Assembly (NCBI GenBank): GCA_001938485.1
Contig: MQRK01255023.1
Span: forward strand, 1 to 64,000
Direction: 5' to 3'
Length of the DNA: 64,000 bases
From: Girardia tigrina
Taxonomy: Eukaryota
Positions 61,953 through 64,000 of the stretch are shown here, piece after piece. Position numbers and translations under genes: made by a program. A model generated the notes under the pieces. The model saw nothing but the letters and a program-made list of their open reading frames with translations, searched no databases and had not been told where the DNA came from. The first letter of the stretch is position 1. Each line of letters begins with the position of its first letter.

Positions 61953-63762
61953 TTAGGTTGGTCGAAAAATAATGGCGGTTTTGGGACACAAACTTCAAAG
62001 ACGTGCGAATTCACAGAAACAAAAGTTTATTAATCAAAGTATGAACCGTTGACATTGTGAGGAATATTTTAAATTTGGTATGTTGAAATTGGTTTGTTGA
62101 ATTTTGTATGTTGAGTTTAGTATTTGGAAATGTGTTTCTCCCACCCAGATGGAAAATTGATATTTTAGATGTTCACGATAAATAATTATTCGAATATAAT
62201 TTATATTTTAAAGTACAGCATAATATATGTAAAAACATTAAAAATATTAAATCTTTTCAAATCTTCATATTAAAATTTAAATAAAGTAAATAACTTTTAA
62301 CTAAGTTTTGAATTAATTAAATGTTCTTTCTTTACATAAAATAATTTTTAAATAAAATTATATGTAAATAAAAATTAATACTAAAACTACAAAATTGAAT
62401 TTTAAAAATAAAATCAGAAAATAATTAAAAATTTGTTCGAATAATTGTTTATTAACAAACATTAACAAAAAATTATCAATTTAGAACGATGTCGAATGAC
62501 GAGAGTTTTGCTAAGAGTTGTCCAAAAGACAATTCTGATTGTAATGAAAATAAAAGTTTGAAAACCCATGTTGGTGTTCTTAATAGACATCAATACATTT
62601 TTGCCAACGAGAAACAAGTTGTTTTATTCCATCAGCATAAAATGCATCGGTTCTCGAAGCGACGAATTCTTGGAAGGCATTTTGAGCATCATTTTGGTTT
62701 TTGAAATTTTTTTCACGTAGGAAGTTGTACAAATGCCTGAAAAAGTAGAAGTCCGTTGGCGAGAGGTCTGGTGAATATGGTGGATGATGCAGGGTTTCAT
62801 AACCCAACTCATTAAGCTATTGAAGAGTCACTTTTGAAATATGAGGTCTAGCGGTATCATGAAGAAGGATGGGACTTTTTCGATTGACCAATCCCGGACA
62901 AAGGGTTTTCAATTTCTTATGCATTTCATCAATTTCATGACAGTACCTATCCGCTGTGATTGTTTCACCTGGATTCAAGAAACTATAGTGGATGATTCCA
63001 GCATCACACCACCAAACTGTCACCATAACCTTNNNNNNNNNNNNNNNNNNNNNNNNNNNNNNNNNNNNNNNNNNNNNNNNNNNNNNNNNNNNNNNNNNNN
63101 NNNNNNNNNNNNNNNNNNNNNNNNNNNNNNNNNNNNNNNNNNNNNNNNNNNNNNNNNNNNNNNNNNNNNNNNNNNNNNNNNNNNNNNNNNNNNNNNNNNN
63201 NNNNNNNNNNNNNNNNNNNNNNNNNNNNNNNNNNNNNNNNNNNNNNNNNNNNNNNNNNNNNNNNNNNNNNNNNNNNNNNNNNNNNNNNNNNNNNNNNNNN
63301 NNNNNNNNNNNNNNNNNNNNNNNNNNNNNNNNNNNNNNNNNNNNNNNNNNNNNNNNNNNNNNNNNNNNNNNNNNNNNNNNNNNNNNNNNNNNNNNNNNNN
63401 NNNNNNNNNNNNNNNNNNNNNNNNNNNNNNNNNNNNNNNNNNNNNNNNNNNNNNNNNNNNNNNNNNNNNNNNNNNNNNNNNNNNNNNNNNNNNNNNNNNN
63501 NNNNNNNNNNNNNNNNNNNNNNNNNNNNNNNNNNNNNNNNNNNNNNNNNNNNNGAATTTTAATTTTTTCCATTATTAATTTAGCACCGTAAATATTCTAA
63601 AAAAAATAACAGCAATATGTTAATAATGGCTATAGGAATATACAGCTAGGTATAAGATTTCAAATAATATCTGACACTAATGCATTTAAACTTATATACA
63701 TATCAAAGTAGATAAACAAAGTATAAAGCTCAAAAACCGCCACTATTTTTCGACCAACCTAA
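61953..63762 (-). mobile_element. Full-length mariner (DD34D) element interrupted by a solo LTR
   Basis: TIRs ttaggttggtcgaaaaata(a/g)tggcggtttt flanked by TA. Transposase from ATG 63572 (partly in an N gap): KVMVTVWW, LLHDTARPH, HPPYSPDLSPTD, WQKCIDV/NGSYFD*. Length without the insert is about 1275 bp. Confidence 0.93.
62056..62585 (+). mobile_element. Solo LTR (530 bp) in the mariner transposase C-terminus
   Basis: Perfect 5-bp TSD GACAT; termini TG...TA. The 3' end resembles the LTR end at 6112-6208 and the 5' part resembles 12490-12568 (tctcc(c/t)acccagatgga). Confidence 0.85.
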
Positions 63763-64000
63763 TATTAAATAAAATTTGAATAAAGTTTTTTTTATTTTTA
63801 TAATTTTAAAATCTGAATTTTAATTGAAAAAAACTCATTTTAAAATAAAAAAAATCTCAATTTAAAATGAAAAATACATTATACTACATACAGCGACGTA
63901 CATAACATTTTAACCCTACAATGCGCAATTTTTTTAATTATCATAAAAAAATATGCCAGTATTACAAACTGAACTGTCATTTTTGTTGACAAAATATATT

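Noticed and set aside
62841-63591. Long plus-strand ORFs of 199-245 aa
   Set aside because: Artefacts of the roughly 520-nt N gap, antisense to the mariner transposase.

Overview
AT-rich eukaryotic (almost certainly invertebrate metazoan) genomic DNA with GT-AG introns, several N gaps and a very high load of degenerate transposable elements. One host gene is recognisable: the 3' five exons of a macoilin (MACO1/TMEM57) orthologue on the minus strand (39877-39759, 33687-33434, 31044-30697, 23181-22883, 16087-15600). All four introns are phase-consistent. I could not find the N-terminal transmembrane exons; they probably lie beyond the window. The rest is mostly TE debris: Tc1/mariner, pogo, hAT (Charlie/Buster-like and Ac-like), Merlin, MULE, a piggyBac-type MITE, Ty3/Gypsy (near full-length, internally deleted, fragments, solo LTRs), a BEL/Pao fragment and a SAP plus C2H2 remnant, often nested two or three deep. 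The most unusual observations are these. (1) A compact Gypsy lineage whose gag start codon is formed at the LTR-end/PBS junction (three copies) and whose integrase ORF runs through the PPT into the 3' LTR. (2) A young-looking 2.5 kb RT-less LTR element with 117-bp LTRs and no canonical PBS. (3) A hAT with about 350-bp inverted subterminal arms. (4) A SAP-acidic-multi-zinc-finger remnant. No rRNA, tRNA, CRISPR or prokaryotic-type system is evident. All calls are by eye, without database searches.
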